The notes under the pieces are model-generated. The model was not told the origin of the DNA, made no database searches, and worked only from the letters and a program-made list of their open reading frames with translations. From Bacillota bacterium (GTDB lineage Bacteria; Bacillota; JAAYKD01): a DNA stretch of 24,000 nucleotides. Positions within the stretch are counted from its first letter, which is position 1. Each line of letters opens with the position of its first letter. The DNA is taken from NCBI GenBank assembly GCA_963666425.2, contig OY762825.2, positions 1,143,478-1,167,477 of the forward strand. The letters run 5' to 3'. Made by a program: the position numbers and the translations under genes. This document shows positions 9,265-16,442 of this stretch, piece by piece.

Positions 9265-9300
9265 ATTATACCGTCAATCTCTTTCATTAGTCATATTATA
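9265..9300 (-). promoter_or_regulatory. Two candidate -10 boxes upstream of the GNAT gene
   Basis: Perfect TATAAT hexamers on the minus strand at 9270-9265 and 9300-9295. The second is preceded by TGg (extended -10). The -35 matches are weak. Confidence 0.4.
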
Positions 9301-9330
9301 CCACAGGGTGAACAGAATTGGATAGCCATT

Positions 9331-9368
9331 TTTAACGCAAAAAGGGCTCCTGACGATGCGAGAGCCCT
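9331..9368 (-). terminator. Putative rho-independent terminator
   Basis: 7-bp stem AGGGCTC / GAGCCCT (9343-9349 / 9362-9368) with a 12-nt loop. On the minus strand it is followed by TTTTGCGTT. Confidence 0.45.
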
Positions 9369-9489
9369 CTCTTTCCTGCTTCATTGCATTCAAATCCAGT
9401 TTGAACTTTCCCTCTTTTTTTCTGTTGTTCTCTTGTTATGGATAAAATGTTGGAGCGATACTTCATTGGAAAGCGATAACAGGAGCCAT

Positions 9490-9531
9490 GTGAAAATAAA
9501 AGGGCTAACCGATTTATAAAACCAGTTAGCC
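9490..9531 (-). terminator. Putative rho-independent terminator downstream of the VOC gene
   Basis: 7-bp stem GGCTAAC / GTTAGCC (9503-9509 / 9525-9531) with a 15-nt loop. On the minus strand it is followed by CTTTTATTTTCAC. Confidence 0.5.
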
Positions 9532-9560
9532 ACTGAATTTAGTTAGATTCTTGACCTTTT

Positions 9561-9953
9561 CTATTTACTTAGGCAGAGACAAAACGGATGGCCGGCAGGA
9601 TCGATCATGGTTCTATAGGCATCCTTGTTATACTGCGTGCTCGCAAGGGATGCTCCGCACGCTAGCGCATAGGAGACAGCCTTGTCTAAATCCGGTACAT
9701 TGAGATCCAGATGCATCATCTGTGTTTGTTTTCCCGTTTCCCATGGCCAAACAGGCGGCATATAATCTTCGACCGTCTGGAAGCCGATTGTTTGAGATTT
9801 ATCCGGCGATTGAATCGCTGCCCATTCTTCGCCATCGTAAAATTTCACCCAATTCAATAGCTTCGCATAGAAATCCGCCAAGGCACTGGAATTACCACTA
9901 TCGATACAGATAGATCCCATAGAAATAAGCGATTGTTCCTGGCTCATGATCAT
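9561..9953 (-). CDS. VOC (glyoxalase/bleomycin-resistance/dioxygenase fold) family protein
   Basis: Its size (about 130 aa) and sequence pattern (ALADFYAKLLNW...HLDLNVPDLDKAV...DPAGHPFCL) are typical of small VOC proteins. The ATG at 9953 (or 9947) follows AAAGGAG. The longer track ORF (to 10028) lacks an RBS. Confidence 0.65.
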   Translation of the reverse strand: MIMSQEQSLISMGSICIDSGNSSALADFYAKLLNWVKFYDGEEWAAIQSPDKSQTIGFQTVEDYMPPVWPWETGKQTQMMHLDLNVPDLDKAVSYALACGASLASTQYNKDAYRTMIDPAGHPFCLCLSK

Positions 9954-10102
9954 CCAACTCCTTTTTTTGTTTTTATAAATAATCTTATACTTAAAATCAG
10001 GACAGCCCAAAGCTCGATTATTCTTCATTTGGAGTGAAGCCAGCCTGATTCAGTATAGCGGTCCACTAGGGAGTGGTGCTTCTGTTTTTGTTTTTCACGC
10101 TA

Positions 10103-10684
10103 CTACTCGAGTTTCTTCTTTATGCTTTCCATCGGATTCAGATTCAGATTCAGGCGTTCAATTATCTCGTTCAGCCGTTTTTGTTTGCCTTCTTCTGTTT
10201 TTGTGTAGACATACGATGCTGTATAAGTTCTGCGCATCGAGCGTGGCATCTTTTCAAAATTCACCCAGGCAGTCTCATAAGGTTTCAGCAAAGCCGAGAT
10301 TTCGCGGATCTGCTCTTCGGTTATCGGATCCGCTTTTGGAGGATTCCAATTCCCGTTATGTTTTGAAATCTCAATTTTCGCCCTACCGAAATCGGTCATT
10401 AGGGCTTGGGCTTCGAGTGCCTCTACAAGGGCTTTATTTTTCTCCGACCATTTACTCGTTTTGCTGCGTTGCTTGAAATACATGATGTATGTCTCAGCAT
10501 CTACACTCTGCATCTGTCCGTTGATCCAACCAAAACATAACGCTTCCTCCAGCGCTTCGGCGGCTTTGATTGATTCGCTATTTTTACTCTTGTTAAAGAT
10601 CAGCCAGATGCCGTCAGTAGACAGCGCATTTTCTTGCAGCCAGTCTCTGAATTCTGTCCGGTTCTTAAACAATCGATTATTCAT
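10103..10684 (-). CDS. YdeI/OmpD-associated family protein
   Basis: FRDWLQEN...GIWLIF...EEALCFGWINGQ...SKWSEKNKALVEAL matches my recollection of the YdeI family. The track start (10717) is a GTG inside the upstream gene. The ATG at 10684 overlaps the PNPOx stop by 8 nt (cATGAATAA). Confidence 0.7.
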   Translation of the reverse strand: MNNRLFKNRTEFRDWLQENALSTDGIWLIFNKSKNSESIKAAEALEEALCFGWINGQMQSVDAETYIMYFKQRSKTSKWSEKNKALVEALEAQALMTDFGRAKIEISKHNGNWNPPKADPITEEQIREISALLKPYETAWVNFEKMPRSMRRTYTASYVYTKTEEGKQKRLNEIIERLNLNLNPMESIKKKLE

Positions 10685-11114
10685 GATGACCCTCGAGTTG
10701 GTCGAGTGTGAAAGCACCTCCGCCCGGTCCGTAATGGAAACCGGTCTTGGCGGTGAACTTCAAAACACAGTAATCTGGATCGGTAACGCCTTTGGGGTAA
10801 TATCTTTCGAATCCTTCGCGCCAGAGAAAATCTTTCGTTGGCTGATCGGTGCAGATCTGTATCTCACCTGCGAACAAAACACTAATATAATCTTCATGTC
10901 GGCAATAATAAACCGAAGCCTTGGGATTATTCATAAAATATCTGATTTTTCTGGAAGAGGTATTCGTTGAGAAGTACTGCGTCCTCAGGCTGTCGTGCTC
11001 AAGGACGAGCATGGCCCGCATGACTGGATAACCCTCATCGTTGATAGAAGCCAAATAGGCGATGTCGCTGTTTTTTCTTAATTCCTTTACGGTTGACTTT
11101 GCATCTTCAGTCAT
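10677..11114 (-). CDS. Pyridoxamine 5-prime-phosphate oxidase-like FMN-binding family protein
   Basis: 145 aa. The split-barrel PNPOx-like pattern is present (IAYLASINDEGYPVMRAM...ASVYY). It starts 2 nt after the marR stop. Confidence 0.65.
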   Translation of the reverse strand: MTEDAKSTVKELRKNSDIAYLASINDEGYPVMRAMLVLEHDSLRTQYFSTNTSSRKIRYFMNNPKASVYYCRHEDYISVLFAGEIQICTDQPTKDFLWREGFERYYPKGVTDPDYCVLKFTAKTGFHYGPGGGAFTLDQLEGHHE

Positions 11115-11116
11115 AT

Positions 11117-11557
11117 CTAGCTCTCACTTTCATTAAGATTTATTAAGATACGCCTTAGCGTATTCTCAAAAACAAGTATCTCATCATCTGTGAACCCGGT
11201 GTAATAGATCGCATTCATTGCTTTGGACACGTTATCATATTCGCCGCTTAACAATCGCGCCTGTTCGGTAAGCAGAATGCGTATCTGCCTTCTATCATCT
11301 TTGTCAAAAACCCGATTGACCAGCTTCGCTTGTTCCATACGGTCGAGCATACTGGTAAGAGTTGTTTTTGCCAAACCTGTTTTCCTTGAAAGCTCCGCGA
11401 TTGGAATGTTGTCTTGCTGCCATAAAACATACAGGATACGGCCCTGCGCTCCATTGAACGCATCGATTCCGGCACGGTTCAGCAGCTTTTCAAATATTCT
11501 TCCGCTGACTTGCCTGATCTGAGAGATCAAAAACCCACCATTCGTTTCAGAAACCAA
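11117..11557 (-). CDS. MarR-family transcriptional regulator
   Basis: 146 aa. Winged-HTH pattern (IAELSRKTGLAKTTLTSMLDRMEQAKLVNRVFDKDDRRQIRILLT). TTG start at 11557, 7 nt after AAGGTGG. An in-frame TAA lies immediately upstream. Confidence 0.85.
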   Translation of the reverse strand: MVSETNGGFLISQIRQVSGRIFEKLLNRAGIDAFNGAQGRILYVLWQQDNIPIAELSRKTGLAKTTLTSMLDRMEQAKLVNRVFDKDDRRQIRILLTEQARLLSGEYDNVSKAMNAIYYTGFTDDEILVFENTLRRILINLNESES

Positions 11558-11578
11558 ATCAACACCACCTTAGATGAA

Positions 11579-11607
11579 ATAATACCATATAGTACTATTA
11601 ATGTCAA
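11579..11607 (-). promoter_or_regulatory. marR operon promoter with an embedded palindromic operator
   Basis: The minus strand reads TTGACA (11607-11602), a 17-nt spacer, then TGgTATTAT (hexamer 11584-11579). The spacer contains a perfect 10-bp palindrome, ATAGTACTAT (11589-11598). Confidence 0.7.
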
Positions 11608-11629
11608 TACCTTAATTTATGATTTAGTT

Positions 11630-11686
11630 ATAAAAAATTAAAAAAATCACGGCTCTGCTGATTCCATACAGAAATCAGCAGAGCCG
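11630..11686 (-). terminator. Rho-independent terminator of the hsd operon
   Basis: Perfect 14-bp stem CGGCTCTGCTGATT / AATCAGCAGAGCCG (11650-11663 / 11673-11686) with a 9-nt loop. On the minus strand it is followed by TGATTTTTTTAATTTTTTAT. It lies 70 nt after the hsdR stop. Confidence 0.88.
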
Positions 11687-11755
11687 CTTGGCACATATGT
11701 TTAGGATTGGTTCGGTGATTTAAGGAAAGGGAGATTATCCAAGGTCATTTCACTT

Positions 11756-14700
11756 TTATGCTGCTACTGCATTTGCGTTGACTCGCTCAATCGCTTTTCG
11801 AATTCCTGCCCAAACAGAAAGATTTTTAAACACTTCAACAATGCTGCCGCGATCCGTAAAAGGTGATTCCTGCAAAACAGACAGATCTTTCATCAAACCA
11901 TTATGCACAATGTATTCAACGATCTGGTTGACGAAATAGATTTGTCGGCTGTCCAGATTTGCGGTATTGAGATATTCCGCAAATGCTGTCTTGGCTGCAT
12001 TGCTATCGAGACCGACGATCTCACGTACAAATTCTCCCAAGGGCTTTTGACCACATTCCGTTTCATAATCCTGCTTTGTGCCCACCTCGCTCCAGAGGAT
12101 TTTTTCCAAAGCTTTGACATCTTCTTTTGTAAGCGGAACATTGGTTTTTAGTTTGGCAATGGCAGCATTGTCCTGATGTTTCCGGATATAAAATTCTGCT
12201 TTTGCTTTGTAATTCCTGAGATCATCATTCTCCAAATCGGATTCATGCCAGTCTGTTGATAAAATCTCATCCGCAAAATTGGTGGTGTATCTCATATCGC
12301 TGTGCGGAATATACTTCATCAGCCCGCGCAGATTTTCACGAATATGTTCAAACTCATTGATCCCGGCATTTTCCAGATAATCTGTATGCAAAATTTGATG
12401 AATCAACTCTGCCTGTGCCCTAATCTCGGGAATATTTGCTACACCAGCGACACCGTTGATCCGTTTGAGAAGGTCGCTACGAGCACGAGTGTAATTTTTA
12501 CCGACCAGATAAGCAAGCTCAATTCCATAGATCAGCGCGTCGAAGCGGACGGCGCTTGCTTCATCTTCGTCCGGCAGGATCAACGGGGCCATTTCATTAC
12601 CAACGATCAAGGTATCTTCATAGCAAAATGCATCATAGCTTTTTGGTTCGGAATACTGCTCCACAGACTTCAAATGCTGCTTGATCGCGAAATTTTCACG
12701 GTTCAATTCCTGTGCCTTGCGTACCATGTCGTCTACTAAGCTTTTGCGGAAGGGAATCAATTCTTTCGTCTGGAAAGCAATGTCCTGCAGTTTGAAAACA
12801 ATCTGCATTTTCAATTGATAAATTGCACCCTGCAACGCCAGCATATTGGCTGTAGGCCGCCCTTTATTCATCCGGAAGAATTCAAAGTTGCCGCAGAAAT
12901 CAAAAATATAAAACTTCTGCTTATCTTCTCCATCCAAAAGACCCGGACAGAGACGGGTTCCGCGGCCGATCATCTGCCAGAACTTTGCCTTGCTCATCAC
13001 CTTTTTGAAAAATACGAGGTTCAGAATCTCCGGAATATCAATACCGGTATCCAGCATATCTACCGAAATAGCGATCTGCGGCAGTTTGTTCGGCTCGGAA
13101 AATTCGTCGATAGCACTCTGTGCATACGTCATGTAGTTATCGATAACCTTGGCATAACCGAACAAATTTGGGTACTCCTTACCGAAAATCTCATAAATCT
13201 TTTCGGCATGCAGGTGATTCTTGGCAAAAATGATCGTCTTGCCCAGCTTTTCCCCGTAGTTGATCTTGATTCCATCTGTCATCAGAACCTGTATTACCTG
13301 CCGGATAGTATCCTCATTGAAAATCCACTCATTCAGGGCTGAGGAAGCAATCGATTCCGGCACTTCGCCGTTTTCATCCTCAAAAGTGTCCTCATAAATT
13401 GCCTTGTCTTGCTCGGAAAGATCATCGTAGACGATACCCTGCTCGATGAATTTCAATTTCGTCTCCACAGACAGAAAATCCACCAGATAGCCATCGCTGA
13501 CCGCCTGTGCCAACTCGTAGCCGTAGGTTGGCACACCATTTTCCAACTCGAATATTTCATAGGTGTTTTTTTCGATATCAATTTTTGGTGTTGCAGTAAG
13601 GCCCACCAACGGTGCATCAAAATAAGTGAAAATATCACGGTATTTGTTATAGATGGAGCGGTGTGCCTCGTCACAGATCACCAGATCGAAGTGCCCGCAG
13701 GTGAAAAGCTTGCCCTCGTCATCCTTTACAGAGTCAATACAGTTCATCATCGTCTGATAAGTAGAAAAAACGCAGTGGGCGCTGTAATTGTCTTTTTCCT
13801 CGCAGAGATTGGTGAGAGACAGATCGGGAAGGTAATTGACGAAATTGCGTTTGGCTTGTGTGACCAACGAATTGCGGTCGGCGAGAAACAGGATGTTTTT
13901 AATCCAGCCATGCTGCAGCAGCACGTCGCACAAAGCAATGACCGTTCTCGTCTTGCCGGAACCGGTGGCCATCACCAGCAGCGCCTTGCGGCGATTGCGT
14001 GCGTCAAAGCTGTCGCAAATGGCCTTGATGGCTGCTTCCTCGTAATAGCGCCCGGCGATGTTCTTATTGACCATTACATACGCGAGACGAGTCCGCAATG
14101 ACCGTAAATTGAACAATTTTTCCAGATCACGCTTGGAGTAGATACATGCAACTTTTCGCTCCGGATATAGGTTGTCAACAATACGCGTTTCAAAACCGTT
14201 GGTGAGAAAGACAATCGGGCGACGGTGATATTTCTGTTCTAATAAATCGGCATAAAGTTTTGCTTGCTGGCGGCCCTTGGCAACATCCACGCACGTACGT
14301 TTTGCTTCCACCACCGCAAGCGGTCTTCCATCGTCTCCATAGAGCACATAATCGGCATAACCTATTTCAGACCAGTTTGGCATGCCGGGCAATTCAACTT
14401 CGCTCAGCCAATCATGGCCTTCCGTCCAACCCGCATCCGCCAGCATGGCATCGATATAGATTTTGCGTGTCTTATATTCTGAAAGCTCCAGCGGCTTGGG
14501 CACATAAGTTTGCTGCTGTTCCTCCCGACGGGCTGTCAGCTCTTCTTTCAGCGCTTTGTTTTCGGCGATGAGTGCTTTCAGATCAACCTCCGGTACTTCA
14601 AGAAGAGGAGGTGTAACCATGGCCGGTTCCGTCTGCAGAAGTGCGGCATCAAACTTACCTTCCACGTAATCTTTTCCATAGCAGTAAGCGACAAAATCAA

Positions 14701-15052
14701 GGAAAACATACAGGTTTTCCAGGCACAGGGCTGCTTGCTCAAGTGTTACCTTTTTACCGCTGTGGACGGCGTTATTGCCCATTTTGCGGATGAAATCCAT
14801 GCGCCGCCAAATATCGATGCCCACAACATCATGGAATTCTTCCGCATTCATCAGATTGACCAACGTATCTTGATACGGCATGACAAGGCTGCCGTCCACG
14901 GAATACATCCATTTGACGGCAAACTCCATCGCGCGGCGGCAGTTGATAATACTTGCCTCCACATCAAGTTGCAGGATTCGTTCTGCCGACACCGCTACAT
15001 CCGCAAAGGAGGCAAACTGCGGGTCGGAGTGAAGAAAATCAAAGTTGGTCAT
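11756..15052 (-). CDS. hsdR: Type I restriction enzyme R subunit (HsdR): N-terminal DUF4145/HEPN-like domain, PD-(D/E)xK nuclease, SF2 helicase, EcoEI-R-type C-terminal domain
   Basis: 1098 aa. Nuclease motif ADYVLYGDDGRPLAVVEAKR. Helicase motifs MATGSGKT, ICDEAH, GLTATP and QMIGRGTR. ATG at 15052, 12 nt after the orf176 stop, with GAGGT overlapping that stop. Confidence 0.95.
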   Translation of the reverse strand: MTNFDFLHSDPQFASFADVAVSAERILQLDVEASIINCRRAMEFAVKWMYSVDGSLVMPYQDTLVNLMNAEEFHDVVGIDIWRRMDFIRKMGNNAVHSGKKVTLEQAALCLENLYVFLDFVAYCYGKDYVEGKFDAALLQTEPAMVTPPLLEVPEVDLKALIAENKALKEELTARREEQQQTYVPKPLELSEYKTRKIYIDAMLADAGWTEGHDWLSEVELPGMPNWSEIGYADYVLYGDDGRPLAVVEAKRTCVDVAKGRQQAKLYADLLEQKYHRRPIVFLTNGFETRIVDNLYPERKVACIYSKRDLEKLFNLRSLRTRLAYVMVNKNIAGRYYEEAAIKAICDSFDARNRRKALLVMATGSGKTRTVIALCDVLLQHGWIKNILFLADRNSLVTQAKRNFVNYLPDLSLTNLCEEKDNYSAHCVFSTYQTMMNCIDSVKDDEGKLFTCGHFDLVICDEAHRSIYNKYRDIFTYFDAPLVGLTATPKIDIEKNTYEIFELENGVPTYGYELAQAVSDGYLVDFLSVETKLKFIEQGIVYDDLSEQDKAIYEDTFEDENGEVPESIASSALNEWIFNEDTIRQVIQVLMTDGIKINYGEKLGKTIIFAKNHLHAEKIYEIFGKEYPNLFGYAKVIDNYMTYAQSAIDEFSEPNKLPQIAISVDMLDTGIDIPEILNLVFFKKVMSKAKFWQMIGRGTRLCPGLLDGEDKQKFYIFDFCGNFEFFRMNKGRPTANMLALQGAIYQLKMQIVFKLQDIAFQTKELIPFRKSLVDDMVRKAQELNRENFAIKQHLKSVEQYSEPKSYDAFCYEDTLIVGNEMAPLILPDEDEASAVRFDALIYGIELAYLVGKNYTRARSDLLKRINGVAGVANIPEIRAQAELIHQILHTDYLENAGINEFEHIRENLRGLMKYIPHSDMRYTTNFADEILSTDWHESDLENDDLRNYKAKAEFYIRKHQDNAAIAKLKTNVPLTKEDVKALEKILWSEVGTKQDYETECGQKPLGEFVREIVGLDSNAAKTAFAEYLNTANLDSRQIYFVNQIVEYIVHNGLMKDLSVLQESPFTDRGSIVEVFKNLSVWAGIRKAIERVNANAVAA

Positions 15053-15064
15053 GACAAAGTTACC

Positions 15065-15595
15065 TCAATCTTTCAAGAAAAAATCAGGATTATCGTTAAA
15101 TGCAGTTATTAACCAAGGCTGAGCATTAAATCCGACAATCATTTCCTTGGTGAATGGATCGATATCCGTTATTTGTCCTGGTTGATATATATAACCTATC
15201 TGAGTTAAATATAATGCATTACCATCATTCATATCCAGACGAATTTGTTTATGATCATTCAATAAAAGCTGCCTTATGTATTCTTTTTGTTTATTGTCTA
15301 GAGATTTGAACATCTTCTTAAATGATCTTATGGTTCTACACCGCTTTAGCCGTTTTGAACCAGAAGAAATGAGAATTTGGAGAACAATAATAAGCGTGAG
15401 AAATACACAAAACAAAAACAACACCGAAATACACAACATCCAGTTTTCCGGTATATTGGCAAGATGCAACCTTTGGAGCATATCTTCAGGCATGAACAGT
15501 ATAAAGCTTGACACGATACCAATAGAAACAACAACTGGACTTATTTTTTTCAAATGTTCAAATAACTTATCAAGATGAACATCTATTTTCAACAC
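15065..15595 (-). CDS. Small two-TM membrane protein, SieB (superinfection exclusion B)-like; function unproven
   Basis: 176 aa. Two hydrophobic helices (ISPVVVSIGIVSSFILF; WMLCISVLFLFCVFLTLIIVLQILI) precede a soluble tail (LDNKQKEYIRQLLLND...NALYLTQIGYIY). This layout matches my recollection of the SieB family. Non-ATG start: GTG at 15595 or TTG at 15592, after a strong GGGGAGG. AT-rich. Confidence 0.55.
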   Translation of the reverse strand: MLKIDVHLDKLFEHLKKISPVVVSIGIVSSFILFMPEDMLQRLHLANIPENWMLCISVLFLFCVFLTLIIVLQILISSGSKRLKRCRTIRSFKKMFKSLDNKQKEYIRQLLLNDHKQIRLDMNDGNALYLTQIGYIYQPGQITDIDPFTKEMIVGFNAQPWLITAFNDNPDFFLKD

Positions 15596-15615
15596 AATTG
15601 CCTCCCCAAAACATT

Positions 15616-15678
15616 CTAAATCTGTGATTTCAGTATCATGCGAACTTCAGAATGGATTAAAAAATCAAAATTGGTCAT
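15616..15678 (-). pseudogene. Decayed duplicate of the hsdR 5-prime end (20-codon stub MTNFDFLIHSEVRMILKSQI*)
   Basis: The stub ATGACCAATTTTGATTTTTTAATCCATTCTGAA aligns with the true hsdR start ATGACCAACTTTGATTTTCTT---CACTCCGAC (15052 downward). 18 of the first 21 nt are identical. With a 3-nt indel, the CAY-TCY-GAN codons follow. It has its own AAGGTG RBS. Confidence 0.7.
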
Positions 15679-15696
15679 GTCAGCACCTTGTCAGTA

Positions 15697-16431
15697 TTAG
15701 AAAATGGTTTTTATTACTTGTTCCGTTCCGCTAATTAACTCTTCAACCTCATCCTTATTGGGTTCTCGTTCTTTGCTGTGATCGCACAGATTTCGAATAT
15801 CTCCCAATCTTTGTACTCTTCTCCATTCAACTGTATCGTATACATTATCTTTTAATGCATCATTGAAATCAGTTATTGTTGGATTCTTTTTTTTAGTAAC
15901 AATCTCTCTAGTATGACACACTCCAGAAAAATGCTTTTCTAATACTACTCCACATATTGCACCAGCAGCTCTAAGAAAGCCCATTTTGAGCAGATGCTTT
16001 GCCGTTTCAATTTCCGAGTCGAAAATATCAGCTTGGAGTACTACTTGTATACTGTAAATCTTGCTATCGAATTTATCTAAACATGCTTGCAGCATTTTCA
16101 CCTGTCGAAGCACATTAAGTGCTGCTGTCCACGGTCCATATAAGTCCCTTGTATGATGGATTCCCCGTAATGCATCTGAAATACTGTATGTCCCAAAATT
16201 AATCTCTTTCCGTTTAGGATTAGAATAAAGCAGTATAAAATCTTGAGTACGGTCTGGAATTAGCTGTTTTATAAGAACCAGTGCTTTTGTATACCATTCT
16301 TCATAATTCAAAATAAAAAAGCCAAAATCCTTACACTTAGATTTATCAATTCTTTCAAGCGAATAGTAAAGCTTATCTCCATGATCAATTAACTTCTGGA
16401 TTTCATTTTTTAGCTCGGTATATTCTTTCAT
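15697..16431 (-). CDS. Hypothetical protein with a C-terminal HEPN/DUF4145-like domain carrying a canonical RNxxxH motif
   Basis: 244 aa. The sequence cga aat ctg tgc gat cac = RNLCDH (aa 213-218) was read directly at 15795-15778. The C-terminal about 100 aa align without gaps to HsdR aa 20-120 (WRR at 203-205 vs 82-84; N214/N93; HS 218-219 vs 97-98). The ATG lies 11 nt after the hsdS stop, with GAGGTGAG as RBS. AT-rich. Confidence 0.6.
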   Translation of the reverse strand: MKEYTELKNEIQKLIDHGDKLYYSLERIDKSKCKDFGFFILNYEEWYTKALVLIKQLIPDRTQDFILLYSNPKRKEINFGTYSISDALRGIHHTRDLYGPWTAALNVLRQVKMLQACLDKFDSKIYSIQVVLQADIFDSEIETAKHLLKMGFLRAAGAICGVVLEKHFSGVCHTREIVTKKKNPTITDFNDALKDNVYDTVEWRRVQRLGDIRNLCDHSKEREPNKDEVEELISGTEQVIKTIF

Positions 16432-16442
16432 GCGTTCTCACC

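Noticed and set aside
10461-10970. Plus-strand 169-aa ORF spanning the PNPOx/YdeI junction
   Set aside because: It is antisense to two family-recognisable genes and has no RBS or motif support.
12815-15112. Long plus-strand ORFs inside hsdR (12815-13342, 175 aa; 13409-14101, 230 aa; 14510-15112, 200 aa)
   Set aside because: They are antisense shadows of a gene whose minus-strand product carries unambiguous nuclease and helicase motifs. Their translations are low-complexity with no recognisable motifs or RBS.
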